In this document: positions 34,051-47,740 of the stretch, one piece after another
How positions within the stretch are numbered: position 1 is the first letter of the stretch
Layout: each line of letters begins with the position of its first letter
NCBI GenBank assembly: GCA_002633005.1
Contig: NMRA01000659.1
Coordinates: 62,001-126,000, forward strand
Direction: 5' to 3'
Origin: Phoronis australis
Taxonomy: Eukaryota > Animalia > Phoronida
DNA: 64,000 bases
Position numbers and translations under genes: made by a program
Notes under the pieces: model-generated
The model's database searches: none
What the model was told of the DNA's origin: nothing
What the model saw: the letters and a program-made list of their open reading frames with translations, nothing else

Positions 34051-37000
34051 TCTCGAATTTTTACTCGAGTTTGTAGCTCCGAAATCTAGCGTCGTCGTGC
34101 AAAGTTCAGTGGACTAGACTCATCTGCGTCTGCAAAATATAGTCTCTTACCTTGAGTTCGCACTAGAGTAAAACGGGAAGTGTCATGAATTATTTGTGGT
34201 TCAATTTCGAGTACTGACACAGATTAGACCCTCGGCCGGACCCAGGACAACAGACCCTGGTCCCATAGTCTGCATGCTTGTAAAGTAAGGTGCAACGAAG
34301 TTGGGAGTTAGTTAACTTTGTGTGGTGGAAATTGCAATGCTATTTCAAACATTCAGGTTTTAAGTACCTGTGAAATTGTAACTCGGGCTTTGATTCTTGA
34401 AATGCTTTTCAGGTATTCAAGAAATTGACCTCAAGTTAAAAAGACAACCAACACGCTTTCCGTCAAGAAAAACAACTTCTGATTTAAATTATTTAATTAT
34501 TTCAGGACTTCGAAGGATTTCTTTAGTGCGTCATCAGTAAAACTTGAACTACCACTTGGCTTGTCACGGCTTGTCATTTTATGCGCCGAGCACTGTCTCC
34601 TTGAATCATAACGATCTGCCAGTTATTGGAATCCCATAAACCACTTCTTATCAGACAAGGGAACTAGTCGAGACCATTTTTTAGTGGCAAGTTCGTTTCT
34701 TGGACGTACAGGACGGGGTTTACAGCCGTTTTATCAAAAATAGTCTGGTTAGAATAATTGCTAAAGCGAAAGTTCAATTTTTATCGACGACAGGGTTACT
34801 GCGCCAATATTGGAAGCTGTACTTATAATTGGAATTAGACGCATGTTCTGTATCTGTCCTGAACCATGAGAACTAAGCCATTCTTTCTTTAACAACCGAT
34901 AGCCGGCCGCTGTTCAATAGATCCCGACACAGCTCGATGCGATCTCCGCAGAGACATTTGGCCATTAAGATTTTTAACTTTGCCCGATGGTGCGATGTGA
35001 TCATTTTTAGTCTCAAACTCGTAGGGTTGGTAGCTTTATATAAAAGTGTGACCTACACCAAAGAAAAAAAAAGCTAAACGCTATCCCGGATATTCTTTGT
35101 GTTACGCCTTTAAACTTTAGTTGTAAAAACAGCTACAGTGAAGCATTTGTCATTTAGGAACTCATGTTTGCGACAAATAAATGACAGGATGACAGATGAA
35201 CGCACCGTCTTTACATCAATATTTGTGTGGGACATTGAAGGCCTATTAGTACATATCACAATTAACTCGACTACATCCCAGTGATCGATCATTAGTTGAC
35301 AGGTTGGTCTTGTATAATTTTTATTGCTCATAAGTACTATTCTTTACATAATTTAAAACAATGCCTTCAAAGCCCGATTTTTGGTACGGTAGAGCTCATA
35401 TACCGACTAAATTCGCATCGAAATATGTCATACAGGACAGTCGGAGTATGTGGACGCGAGTGGCCTGAATGAAAGTCGTAAGCTATAGTATAACGCAAAA
35501 ATCAGAGGGATAGATGGACCAAAGCTTCATATTCATGATAGACAAATCGCCTTAGACATGAACGCGACAACTCCCCGACAATCGAGATTTGCACTACCAT
35601 GACGTGGGAAGGAGTGTGGGCTAAACCCATCCAATCATGACTGGATTGCAGCGCACCTACTAAACAGGGACGTAAGATGCGGAGAGCCAGGAGGCTACAT
35701 GTATGTGCCCATACCTTTGCGGCGACCACCCTAGGCGCAGGGGAGAGGATAGGAGTTGTCGAGAAAATAAAGACACAAAGAAACTTGCAAAATAGAAAAA
35801 ATGAATAGATGTCAACTATCAGTGCTTGCTTTACCCTTTTTGGGCCCTGGATAGGACATTTTTTATTAGAGGGCCTCCGTTTTACTCACTTGAAAAGGTG
35901 CTATAATTCTTACATAATTCAAAAAAGTCCGAGAAACTTATAGTGCATTGATTTTCCAGAGCAAATGGATTCAAAATTTTAAATTCATGCAAAAAGACAA
36001 TTTTTAGGAAATGCAAGACTGTATTTCTCCAGAGACGTCCTCTCTGGCAAGAGGTAATGGAGTCGTCTGTAGCAATTTTTTATATTTTATTTTTGAAACT
36101 GGATATTCCGATACTAATCCTAGCTCGTGGAGGGTGCGCTGCTCATGGCGTTCATAGTTACATCTTCCGGTTTTTCTTGTGACCACCCTTCATGCGTTGG
36201 GGGATTAAGATCACTCAGATAAGCAGACTATTGGGTTTCGCCACAAGTCTTCGGCAAGTTGCACGATACCGGCGCAGATTGTTACATATCAACAAGGGAA
36301 CAGCAGCTACAATGTGCATTATCTCCCATGTCTTCTGTTGTAGCGGATATCGCTGCCACTCATCTCTTCAATTCTTTTGTCTCCAAACAAAAGAAACTGG
36401 TCATAAAAGTCCGAGCCGTGTAGCAATTAAGTGGTTACAACCAGAGTAAGAAGCAATCATAGTCGCCGGTTGGAAAATGAGATGTAGCGCCTAATATCAC
36501 TGAGGGGGACCAAGATCGGAATCAAATATCTCTCATGTCCTACTTTTGTGAACAAGTACAACCTTGTTATACTAAGGCTGTATGTAGCCCTGTTTATCTG
36601 ACTGAAAAACTAAAATTAGGCCGTTTGTTATCATAGCTTCGCTCTCGTAATATTTCTTGCCGTGAAAGGATTATATTGCCGTTACTAACAAGGACATCAA
36701 AACCAACAACGGTGCAACAAAACGCTTCAGAATTTACTGGGGTTGGCTAAACCTGAAATTGCAGATTCGAAAATGTTGCACGTAAGCTTTGCGTACCGGC
36801 TCATCCCGCAATAATTCTACATAGGGTAAGCGTGGTAATGTGTCTAAATCAGAAAGCCCTTTGGTTAAGAACTCAACACAGAGAGCTAAACAGGAGTGAA
36901 GTGCAGATTTGAGGAAGGTGACCCGATGCTGGAAGGAAGGTGACCCGATGCTCTAGTGGAAGGAAGCAGATTCGATGGAATCAACGGTCACTGTTCTTCC

Positions 37001-39309
37001 ATTTTTAAAGTGATGGGGCATTTATATAGTAGTATTTGGGATCCACTCACAGTCGTCACGCGCAAATTGCCCTTTGAACTTCCATTTTCGTTTATTTAAT
37101 TTTACCCGCTTACGTCAACTCTTACGTCATAGTTATCATCACATTGCAACTGGCTAGTAAGTCGCGATTATCGTCAATCGACTTCGTTTTGTTTTCATTC
37201 ACTGCACCAACACTTCCCGTTGAATTTCATTCGGTTTTATCACAAAATGTTAATTACACCCCAAAACATGAACTGAAACAATGGTTTCAAAGATCGGACT
37301 CCATTGTGGGTTATAAAATTCTGCATACTGTAGCTCAATCCAAAAATCCTTTTGCTTCGGTGTTATAATGATGATACACTTGGCTCTCGATTTTGTCGGG
37401 TATTTTATTCTAAATGTTCGATTTCATGTTTCGATTTGACAACCAAAACACATTGCGCAAGTGATGAATGAGTATGCACTTTTCATATTGTACGGTTATG
37501 CATTCTTAGAATACGCTCCCCGTTGAGAACTCAAGATAGCAACAAATTTATGCTGAATTGTTCTGTTTTACAGTCGACTGAGTTTGGCGACAAACTTGAC
37601 TCTTATCATCTATTTCATGACTTACGCTGGAGATTCAGTTACAAAAATAAAACTCCAAAGCATGGTTATCATCTAACACCCCGGCCAACCCGCGATCGAG
37701 AACGACCGGAAGGCGATCGAGAACGAAATTTGGCGCGAGAAGCGAAGCCAGAAAATGTAAGTAAATTTGATGAATTTTTGGTTGTTTTGAGCTTCAATAC
37801 GAAAACAGAGACATGAGTTCAAGGCGTAACACATTGAGGAAGGCCAGGTAGATGTTTAGGCTTGTGTCTCGTCCAAATATTGGAGAAAAGTTACGTTAAC
37901 CGATGCATCGCTTGAGCCGAAGGTGATTTGTATGTCATTTTTGCAGATTTTGGTTATTTTTGGTTCTATATCAATATATTAATCATGAAGTTATGAAGAA
38001 ATGACGTATGACAATGTAACCCAACGCCTGTTTTCCGTAGCATTGTCAGGATCTCTGATTTATGAACCTTTTTCTGTTAAAAGAAGCGATCGAGAACGCA
38101 ATGATAAGCGATCGGGAACGCACATATGAGCTCGCTAAAGCGATCGGGAACGCAATGCNGTTGAAAACTGCATTTTCTTTGGTTAAACCAAAGGCACATC
38201 AGGGCGTAAACAATACCGCTAGTCCGTTATTTTGCTGGCAAATTTGTGGCGCGTTCGCTTGCGTCATTTTCGAGCACCATGAAGTAGAGCTCCACCTGGT
38301 GGCCAACTTCTGTTTTCACCGATTCTTCAACCATTGTTTATTTTCATAAGTTTGCGTTCACAAAAGCAAAATAGGAAAACAACATGACTAAAGATCCCAT
38401 CACTGAAAAGCCTTTGATAATTTGCAGTACAAACATATTTAAAAATGGAACCGTTTTAAAAAATATTAAAACAGCCATTTCACATGCATTTTGACTTTAG
38501 TAGAATCCCTACCGTAAGGAAAAATGTCGTTGTCATTACTAAAGAAATTTTATCTGACCTCTGATTATTACTAAATTATCAAGACATATCTTTTATCGTA
38601 CGTTTATACATTGTTCAGCTGTGTATGAAATGAACGGTTGTTGGTTTTGTTAAAGTTAATCATTTCTGTGCCAACGAATGAAGTGATTTCCGTAAGAACT
38701 GAGCTTGTATTGATCATAGTTTTGTGTTAACATCTGTTCTTAGGAACCGGGAATAAAAACGCTCAAATAATTGTGCTGCAATTAATTACATTCAAAAGGA
38801 GTTCGATTGGACAAACAGAAAATGACTTTTCTAAAATTTTCAGAGCTAATAATATTTCCTGTAACTTTTTATTATTATTAATGTACTTTCATTCAAAATC
38901 TGTGTTGGGTGTATGAATCTGAACAGCAGTTATACAGATTAGATTTCTAAAAATCTGCTACCTGAGCACTAAATTTTGAAAATTTCAAAGGACAGGCAAT
39001 CGTTTTTGAAGACTCGTTCAGAAAGAATATCGAGTCCTGTGTTATCTTGGAGGAGTATAGTCTATGTTGCACTCGCTGCTGAGCACACACTGTGTCAGTC
39101 ATTCGTCTTTGCTCAATGAAAGTGAATGAAGAACCAAAACGATTGGCTGTTTATGTCACTTTCTTTTGTTCCATGGGCAGCAAATGCACTGCACGCCAAG
39201 AGAACAGTCATTAACAGGACTGGGATAATGTCTGTCCAAGATAACCACGGATATCTATTTTTATCAAAGGTAACGTAAAGATGATTGCTTTCTTGATTAA
39301 GGATTTTTA

Positions 39310-39441
39310 TTGTGATACACGCACTGCACATACGGAGGCAGTCATGATAAAAATACTGCATTTCTCGTGCCACTTACGATACACACACTGCATTTATATT
39401 ACCAGTAATATATTGATAAAGTTACACACTGAAAATATATA

Positions 39442-39492
<51 letters not shown>

Positions 39493-39940
39493 ATGTATAT
39501 ATGCATGTAAACATCTCGTCCGTTATGATACACATACTGCAGGAATGGTGTCAGTTATGAGACATATGCTGCATGTATCTTGCCATTTATGATAAAAATA
39601 CTGGTAAAATTACACACTATTAGTCGCCAGTTATGATAGACATGCTGCATGTATCGTGACAAGTATGGCACATAAACTGATAAAGATACACATACCGTCT
39701 GTATCATGTCAGTTATGATACATAGATTACGTGTATCGTGCCAGTTGCGATACACATATTGTATTTATCGCGTCAACTATGATCATACATATTCATGAGT
39801 GTATTGCGCCAGTTATGACTCATAGCGTATGTATCGCACCACTTATGATACGAAAACCGTGTGTATCGCGTCAGTTATGATACATAAACTGTATGTATCA
39901 CGTCATTTATGATATGTATGTATCGTATCAGCTATGACAT
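39310..39940. repeat. Degenerate ~30-33-bp minisatellite with embedded (GT)n microsatellite (~39442-39490)
   Basis: Recurrent GTATCGYGYCAGTTATGATACACATA units. Confidence 0.85.
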
Positions 39941-40119
39941 GAGCGGCGCAGCAATGAAAAAAGTGGGGCTAAAGCCCCCCCCCCCCCCCCCCCCCNAGCC
40001 CCCCTGTGGTGCACCGCCTATAGACCATGGGCAGTGCAGCACTGAAAAAAATGTGAATACCTAGCATCTTGTGATTATTGTTGAGCAGTCTAGACTTCGT
40101 AAAAGGACACTTAACCATG

Positions 40120-40660
40120 TTTTTATTATTTCAACCAATCCTCGTTATGTCACCTGCTAATGGATCATTGGCGTCAATTTTGAAAGATAAAAGCAGGGAA
40201 TAACTATAAGAATTCATACTTTCTACGCCATAGATTGAATATTAATAATTCTTGCTGGGTGGTCTTTTCTCACAGTTGCCGTGTAATTCGCTAAAAAGCT
40301 AAGGTCACGCTTGCCCGTTTAGCGACAGACTTTGAAAGGACTTTTCAACTTTTCCTCTAAACTTTTGAGGGTTGTAGCGGGTTATAGAACATTATTTTGT
40401 TATAGAGATTTGCATGAGAAAGTCGTTTTTAATATCTGTTAATATATTAAAACCGTGTTAACTTTGATACCCTTTTAACTTTTAAGTTCTTAAAAGAGCC
40501 ATAAAACAACAAAATCCATTGTGTTTTGTTTTGATTTCATTACAAATCGCCAATTCTCGTCGTTGTCTGTCAGACATTCGCTGAAATCGAGGCCGACAAC
40601 TTCATAAGTTATTCTATTTTATCGAATGTGATTTAGCTAAACGCAGTATGATGGTCGGAC
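40120..40660 (+). mobile_element. Dispersed repeat family; other pieces at ~44660-44810, ~59715-59785, ~60135-60390
   Basis: Shared blocks such as ccaatcctcgtt..tcacctgctaatg.atcatt.gcgtcaat.ttgaaagataaaag and aaatcg.caattctcg...cattcgctgaaatcga. Confidence 0.75.
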
Positions 40661-40722
40661 ATTTGGAAACACGGACTCAGAAGAAAAGTGCATGTGACGT
40701 GTCAATGAAATTGAAGGTGACA

Positions 40723-40740
40723 TTTATTTCAAGGTTTATT
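40723..40740 (-). terminator. Candidate poly(A) signals of the GPCR gene
   Basis: Two AATAAA on the minus strand ~1 kb past the stop, followed by T-rich sequence. Confidence 0.35.
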
Positions 40741-41716
40741 AAATACAAAAACTCATGAGCAATCACTCTCGGACGGTAGTCAAACTGGTAATTGGGGTTT
40801 TTAAGATGAAAGATATTTTTGAAAAATAACTAAGAAAGGTAAAACCAGCCACTTACTAATAATGCGGCAGAGCAATGCACCGGGACTGGACTGCCAGTGG
40901 CTCGGTTTGGTTTCGCACCATTGACTTTAATTAATTTTGTGTTATTTGTAATTTTTATAATTTCTGGAAATTAAACTGAAACTCGTGAATAAGCAACATT
41001 TTGGGCTGCAGCCGAGTCTTTTAACACAATAAACGTAAACAAAATAACCCCCATTGTCCCATTGCTGTGTGCAAGTTTACCTTTCTGTAGCACTTCTAAC
41101 ACGTCAAGCGAATGCTTTCGCTGAAAATTTAATCGGAAAGGGTGTCCTTTTTAAGTGATCTTCTGGTCGTGAACAAATCATCGCTAATTTCGCGTGCGTC
41201 ACGTCCGAGTGTGTTCTACTAGACCTCGGTGATATCAACTAGTCTCTTATGTTCCAAGATTTCAACATATTGTTTCTGTTTCTAAAAGGGTCGCAAGATT
41301 GTAATGTGCCTAAATGACTTAGAATGCGACATTACGTTGAGAACACACTGAGTGATGTTAGACCACCCATATCTTTGGAACACGTACTTCACACTCGTAT
41401 TTGAAGGGTGCTAGGGTGCTGCCGGCTCGCTGGTTCCCCGCGTGTCCGCAAGGGGAGCGGACACTGAAACAGGTATACTGGTGCCAATCGCGCATGTGCT
41501 GTCTACTTTGCGGCAAAAACGTGCGACAGGTCTCTCAAAAGATTCTGGAGAGGGGACGCTGGCCACGTGCGATTAAAACAGAGGAACAGATAATACTATC
41601 ATTCGAAAAGACGGACAACGGACCGATTGTCGTGATTTTACTAAGCCGGTAGAAACCCAGTTAGTCCAGATTGACAATTGCCCGTCTAAACTACAGATGG
41701 CAGCCTTGTTGACATA

Positions 41717-43006
41717 TTACTTTAATTTTTTCCATTTACATCGGAGAATGTTGAGGTATGCCTCCCTGAACTTTGGATTCATTCCTGCGTAAACGAACAC
41801 GTTGATAGACGAATTTCCATAGGCAACCATCATTAAGATGCTGTAGTAAATGGCAGGAACGCTGTTGTGGAAGTCTATTAGACACAGCGCAGCCACGGGA
41901 AACCAACAAACTACGAACAGCGAAAACACAACCATAAGATTAACAACCACTCGCCGCATACCTATAGCGCTCTTTACGAGTTTCTTCGAAGGCTGTCGAC
42001 AAATTACCGTAGAACTATCGTTGTCTGCTTGTTTCACATTTCCCGAGTCTTCATGTGGTCGCACAAGTGCCCTAATGCCATCGCCTTGATCAAATATTTC
42101 GTTGTTGGCGCCCTTATTTCCGTTCATGTTGGGGACCTCTAACCATTTCTTATTTTGACTAGCTTTTGTCGAATCTGTGCCATGTAAAACCAAGTTATCG
42201 CCTGATGAGATTTTCCTAACCTTCGAGACGGCGTCTTGCGACGCTGATCCGCTTGTGGATGGTCCGCTTTCCACGTAATCGGTTGAATGTTCGTTCTCGT
42301 TTTTCGCCGCTTCCTCGTGAGCTACCTCGTTCCGTCTGCTGTCATAACTTTGCACTTGAAATGTCGACTTTTTAAGATGTTTTAGTATTAAAACATAGCA
42401 GACGCAGCATATACTGATACAAGGTGCCAGGCAACACGCCATCATAACAGATATAAGGAAGAAATAACTGTAGGGATTGTAAGCTGTGAAGTTGCATCCC
42501 ATCAGCTTTTTGTTGTAGCCAAACTCGCCAAAACCCAATGTCCCCGGTAAATAAACGACATGTGCGTAAACAATGGTGGCTATAACCATAATCACGTTGT
42601 TATGCTTTGTATATATCTTGCGATAAAGACTGTTGTTTTGAACTAGAAGAATGTATCGATTAACGGCAATGTGAGCCAGAGAAATCATCGACAGAGCTAG
42701 TAGATAAACGTTCAATGGTCCAAGGATTTTACAGATGTTCTGTGGTATGTCGCTGTCTTTAATGAGATAGTGAATCTGAGTGCTCACAATAACAGCGCAG
42801 ACGCAAAAATCTGAGACAGCCAAGCAAACGACGTAAATGTTGGGTATCGACCACAGTTTTTTCGACAGTGTCGTCGCAAGAATAGTCAGGAGATTTCCCG
42901 CGCAACCGATACAAGCTATAATAATGTATATAACGGCCTCAGCGAGTTTGACTTCGTAAGAAACGTAATCAATTGACGTTGTTTCATTATGGAATTCCAC
43001 ATCCAT
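41717..43006 (-). CDS. Class A (rhodopsin-like) 7TM GPCR, Tre1/moody/GPR84/melatonin-receptor-like; single coding exon, 429 aa
   Basis: Seven hydrophobic helices; GN (TM1), LAVSD (TM2), TM3-entry Cys and NRY, CWFP (TM6), NSSINVFVY and NPKFREAY (TM7/helix 8); N-terminal NET sequon; long ICL3. Confidence 0.95.
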   Translation of the reverse strand: MDVEFHNETTSIDYVSYEVKLAEAVIYIIIACIGCAGNLLTILATTLSKKLWSIPNIYVVCLAVSDFCVCAVIVSTQIHYLIKDSDIPQNICKILGPLNVYLLALSMISLAHIAVNRYILLVQNNSLYRKIYTKHNNVIMVIATIVYAHVVYLPGTLGFGEFGYNKKLMGCNFTAYNPYSYFFLISVMMACCLAPCISICCVCYVLILKHLKKSTFQVQSYDSRRNEVAHEEAAKNENEHSTDYVESGPSTSGSASQDAVSKVRKISSGDNLVLHGTDSTKASQNKKWLEVPNMNGNKGANNEIFDQGDGIRALVRPHEDSGNVKQADNDSSTVICRQPSKKLVKSAIGMRRVVVNLMVVFSLFVVCWFPVAALCLIDFHNSVPAIYYSILMMVAYGNSSINVFVYAGMNPKFREAYLNILRCKWKKLK

Positions 43007-45420
43007 TTCTCGTAAAATCCGTTTGAAATTTTCACTCGTCAGTTACTAAGTCTGTCACGCCTCTTATTCGGTGAAACATTCGCAGTGCGGCTTTCCATAG
43101 CTGTTTCAGGCGCGTTGTTTTCGTTTAAAATCCTCTTCGACGATTCTGTAAATGAATTGAAAGCGACAAAAGTTATCACAAAATTGTTATAAATGTTATC
43201 GACGAGCTTTCGCAGTATACGATCAAGAAAGACACACGCTAAAGTATCCAGTGTCCGTTTGCATGAAATAGGCTCAATAGGGACTCAACTATTTTTGGTA
43301 AAATGTTCTGCACATTAGTCAACTTTGTGCAAACAGCTGATTGTCCTTTCTTCTGCTATTTTATCTTCTTTGTTAAATAAAGTTTTAGTTTTTGGTTCAT
43401 ACCACCATATTGTTTTTGTATCACTGGTGCCACTCAACAGGTTTTGCTGATTTTGGGTCTTAGCAACTCCAACAAGTCTGTTCTACAGGATGTACAAAAC
43501 CAGAAAATATGAACAGTATACCGAGGCAAATACTTAACAAAACCTTGCACAAAGTCTATTGAAACTGACTCCAAAATCAGATTAATATAATCTTTTACCT
43601 CTACCGGAAGTGCTCCGGCTACTTAAAGAAATGAACAAAACTATACGCCGAATCAGCAATTTTCATCCCAAAGCCACCATTTGGATGCGATGGCTACGAA
43701 CTGAGACACAGTACATCGGCAAACTTCCAGAACTCCCCATATTAGAGAAAATAGGTGTAAAGAGGGTGTTGATCGGCCAGAGTTTTTACGAATCCAAAGT
43801 GTCTGAAGGGTGCCTGAATTTTGTGCTAAATGTCAACTTCCCGCTTGCCCGCAGTGAAGATTTAAGAAAAGCCACGACTGAACAAAAATGTGTCAAGGGG
43901 TCAACAGATGGCTACCTTTCACTCGGAAAAGATTAAAAAATCGAGCAAATTCCATTCGCAGCCTTCACACACATGGAGCACAGAACTTAAATGCATTAGG
44001 AGACCTATTTTTCCGTAGGTCGTCTGGTTTTTTACTCTTTACTACGAAATGCAGACCAGAAAAATACAATTGTTTTTTTGATTTATGAAATCGAGTTTTC
44101 GGTGCAATGTGGGCGTGTGTGCGTGTGATGTGTTATTGGTGATTTCTGTCTTTGTACTCCGTTTATTATTGCATCAAATGTTAAAAAATACTTAAAAGGG
44201 TTCTGGGCCGGAAAACGCATTTTTAGAATTACGGTTAGACGACCTAGTCTCCTGAGAGTAATTAGCTTAGACTAAGAACTTGGATCTAATCTCTATACTC
44301 AAAATCGAATTCGAAATTGTTTTTGACATTTTCTGTAAGTTCTACTTTTGCGCAAACTCAGGTTAAGTGTTTATTATTCAAATTAGGCCGTGATTAACGC
44401 TGATGAGTTTTTATTCCAAATTCGCTCTTGATATCCCCTAAATTCGAACTACGTGACAATCTTGAGCAGAAACTTGAGATTTCGAATTCAGACTCAAATC
44501 ACATTTGTAATGCTGAGGTCGTCAAGTGCGAACCTGGACTATGCACGTACGAGCATAAACCGTAATGTAATCGAGCACGTCTTAATACAGACTTTTCTGG
44601 TTTTCGCACTTAAGTAGAATGGAAATTGCATAAAGTATTATATTGAGTTTGATTGGTAGAACTACAACAAAATCCAATGTTTCTTATTGGTTTTTATACA
44701 AATCGCCAATGCTCGCAAATATCTGCCCGCCAGATTAGGTGAAATCGAAGTCGGTAACGTTAGTAGTAGTATATGCTGAAATAGTTTGCCATTTATCGAG
44801 TGTGGTTTAGCTCCGTCAACATAGCGTTTGGCTTGGTGCGCTGAGGTTGCGAACTCTGATTCCGCGTTGTGGCTAATCTCACAAATGCCATTTCAGGTTA
44901 AATACCCACTAGATGGACAAGTCTCTAATCTTGACGGATGGCGGAAGACGGGCCCTAAAACAAACTCAGGCACATAAAAATCATAATGAACTGGAATCTG
45001 GTTTCTGTACTAGTGTGGTATGCCGTAAGACATAGGGGTACCAGGTGGAATCAATCGCGAAGGTGGTTCGCGAGTGTCCGTGTAAAGATTTACATGTACA
45101 CGTTCCCATTTGATATTCTGTACAACTGGACAGGTGAAGAGCAGGTGCGTCAGCGACATTTGTGAATAAATTAATACATCCACACGTGCTGTCAAATACC
45201 TTATTAAGTTGCATCATTAAAATAGATATGGTATTTGACAAAATTTCAGTGGTGATTTGCAAACTTTCAGTGTCGTCGATATCCGCCGTTTAGAAACAAA
45301 AGGACAATGAAAATTACAGTTATGTAGGACCCTATCGAAAAATCTATACATTTAACCAAATATAAAAATTAACTTTGTACATAGATATTTTCTGAAAGTA
45401 GAAAGCGACGAGACTAACGC

Positions 45421-45953
45421 TTCTCGGGCGATAATTCTCCAAAATCCACTCGGGCTCTAGATAACGGGTGATAACGACTTCGCCATGTAATAACCTGTAT
45501 TTAGCAGACGATATTTTCCCGGTCGAAGCTCAGCGTGATAAAATGTGTAATAAGCTATAATAGTTGCTAAACCTTAATTTATAGACTCACTTTCTTTCTA
45601 TTTTGTTTGAATTTTCAATTGATTTTGAGTAAAAGCATTATTTGACAAAAATAGCTCGTCTTTTCTGAAAAGGTCACGACCTCCGATCCCGGGCCTCTGT
45701 GATAGAAAGTAGTTGCAAAGCCGAGGCGAGTCTAGAAAGGTAGACCGATTCATTGCAACGTTTCTCGTTCAGTATGTGGTATAAATAGATTATTACATGT
45801 TCTCAGTCGTTATCCCCCGTTATCTAGAGCCCTCGTGGATTTTGGAGAATTATCGTCCTCGGGGCTGACGCCCTTGGGCGATAATTCGCCAAAATCTAAT
45901 CGGGCTCTAGAATACGGGGGATAACGACTTCGCCATGTAATAATCTATATTTA
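45421..45953. mobile_element. Palindromic (fold-back) MITE 45781-45953 plus an extra arm at 45421-45503
   Basis: ~85-bp inverted arms: taaatagattattacatg...ctagagccc...gaattatcg / cgataattc...gggctctag...catgtaataatctatattta. Confidence 0.8.
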
Positions 45954-46061
45954 TGACAATAATCGCGATTTATTCCAGTAATAATTCTTTAGGCAATCAG
46001 AAGCCCGGAATAATTGCAGTAATAAATATTTATTCCAGTAATTATTCCTGGCTTCTGATTA

Positions 46062-47740
46062 ACATGGTTATGATTGATTTTCGAAAGGCGTTCGACACAG
46101 TAAATCATGACATTTTGATTGATAAATTAATTTCTGTTGGTCTTACACATAATTCTGTCAAATGGGTTGACTCTTATTTAACCTGTTGATGCCGCTTGTT
46201 GACATACTAGGCTGCCAGTCTGAATTGAAAGCGATAACATGTGGCATCCGCCAAGTGTCTATTCAGGTGCCCTTGTTATTTCTCCTGTTTGTCAATGACA
46301 TGTAATCTGCAGTTGTAATCTTCTTCTGTACGCAAACGATTCTGCCTTATTTTTTCCCATAAGAACGTCTCGGTTAATGAGCAGACACTTACTCGTGAAC
46401 TATACAACCTATGTAATTGGTTTATTAACAACAAACTATCCCTTCATGTTGGTAAAATTCAATGAATTATTTTTAGTAAATCGAACTCCGTTGACTTTAA
46501 TTTAACTTGTAACGATAGTGTTATCACTTCATGCTCATCTTTAAGTTATCTTGGTCTCCAAATGGAGAACAAGCTTTGTTTTCAGGAGACAGTCAAGTCT
46601 ATTGTTAAAGAACGCAACTGCAAACTAAAATCTATGTCCAGGCATAGATCTCAGTTAGGTCATGTAAGACCCTGTGCAATTTCTTAATAATTGCTTTGTT
46701 TAATTATGCTTCTTCAAGCCGTTTTTCCAGTTTAAATAGTTGTCTTGGCAAAAGGCTACAGGTGTTTCAAAATAAATCAATTCGACGTGTTCTCAGTTTA
46801 TATCCTTGTACTCACATCAGTTTTCATCATATTCAGTCCCTTGGGTTGCTAAATCGAGTTAACCAACTCGAGCTCCACCTTATTCATAAAATTGTTCATG
46901 GCATCACTCCAAATTGTTTCCTTGATCCTTTTTCAGCATTTAAACCACGCCATACTCACAGAACTAGAAGGAGCAAAGATGGTTTTATTAAGCCAAGAGT
47001 TAAAACACATGGGTGTACAACATTTTCAAATTCAACCATAGTTCTTTGGAATTCACTTCCTGGTCACGTAGGAGACATTGCAGATTTAAAAGGTAACTGT
47101 ATTTTATTCTGAATAAATTTTGGATAGTTTTCTATGAGTTGTTGATTAATTTCACAAATAATTCAACATCAAAAAGTAAACTTATATTCTCTAACGAAGC
47201 TCAAAAAATATTTCGCTTGGAGTGCTGCTTCTCGTGACGTATTTGGCGGGGGCTAAGTCACTGTCCTGTGTTAGCGCGCAGTCAAGTGGCGTTCTTCATA
47301 TAGTCTGAATAAGAAATTTTAGTGTGAAATGTCGGGTCACCAGGGATACCTGTTTTTGCCGAGGCAACACAAAGTGATACCCAGTCGTCGTCAGCGTCAA
47401 ACGAAAATTTGCCGGTGCAACCAGTCCGTTTTAACAGTTTACACCGGTGTGACTGTGCCGTGGGCAATGTGAACTATAGCCTGCCAGCTGCCAGCCAATA
47501 ATCGATCAGCTCTTTTCACCTATACCTAGTTTCTTTCTCATGTTTCATCTCTCCTGTATAATTATTCATAATTTATTATTTATTCCTAATAATTATTTTC
47601 TTTAATTTTTAGTTCGTGTATGAACCACCACGAAATAAAGTTTTTAACTTTTTGGTGTTGTCCAGTTAGTGTACATAATTATTATTTCTGTTTTACTGTA
47701 CTTATTATTGTTATTATGTATATTATCAAATAAACTAATT
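46062..47740 (+). mobile_element. 5'-truncated, decayed non-LTR retrotransposon (L2/CR1 group, Crack-like) with an unrelated ~0.4-kb insert at ~47090-47520
   Basis: RT motifs across frameshifts and stops: IDFRKAFDTVNHDILIDKL, W..SYL, decayed G..QGS..GPLLFL..VNDM, LYANDS (YADD), WFINNKLSL, YLG, HTHRTR, LWNSLP; AT-rich 3'UTR with stem-loop and AAATAAACTAA tail. Confidence 0.9.

Noticed and set aside
34505-34545. CTGATGA...GAAA on the minus strand as a hammerhead ribozyme
   Set aside because: No stem II or flanking helices can be formed.
39974-40003. Poly-C tract as a G-quadruplex or regulatory element
   Set aside because: Contains an assembly N and lies in a small TIR-element remnant; length unreliable.
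41442-41464. GTGTCCGC/GCGGACAC hairpin in the GPCR 3'UTR
   Set aside because: A single 8-bp stem is expected by chance in 64 kb; no recognisable RNA family.
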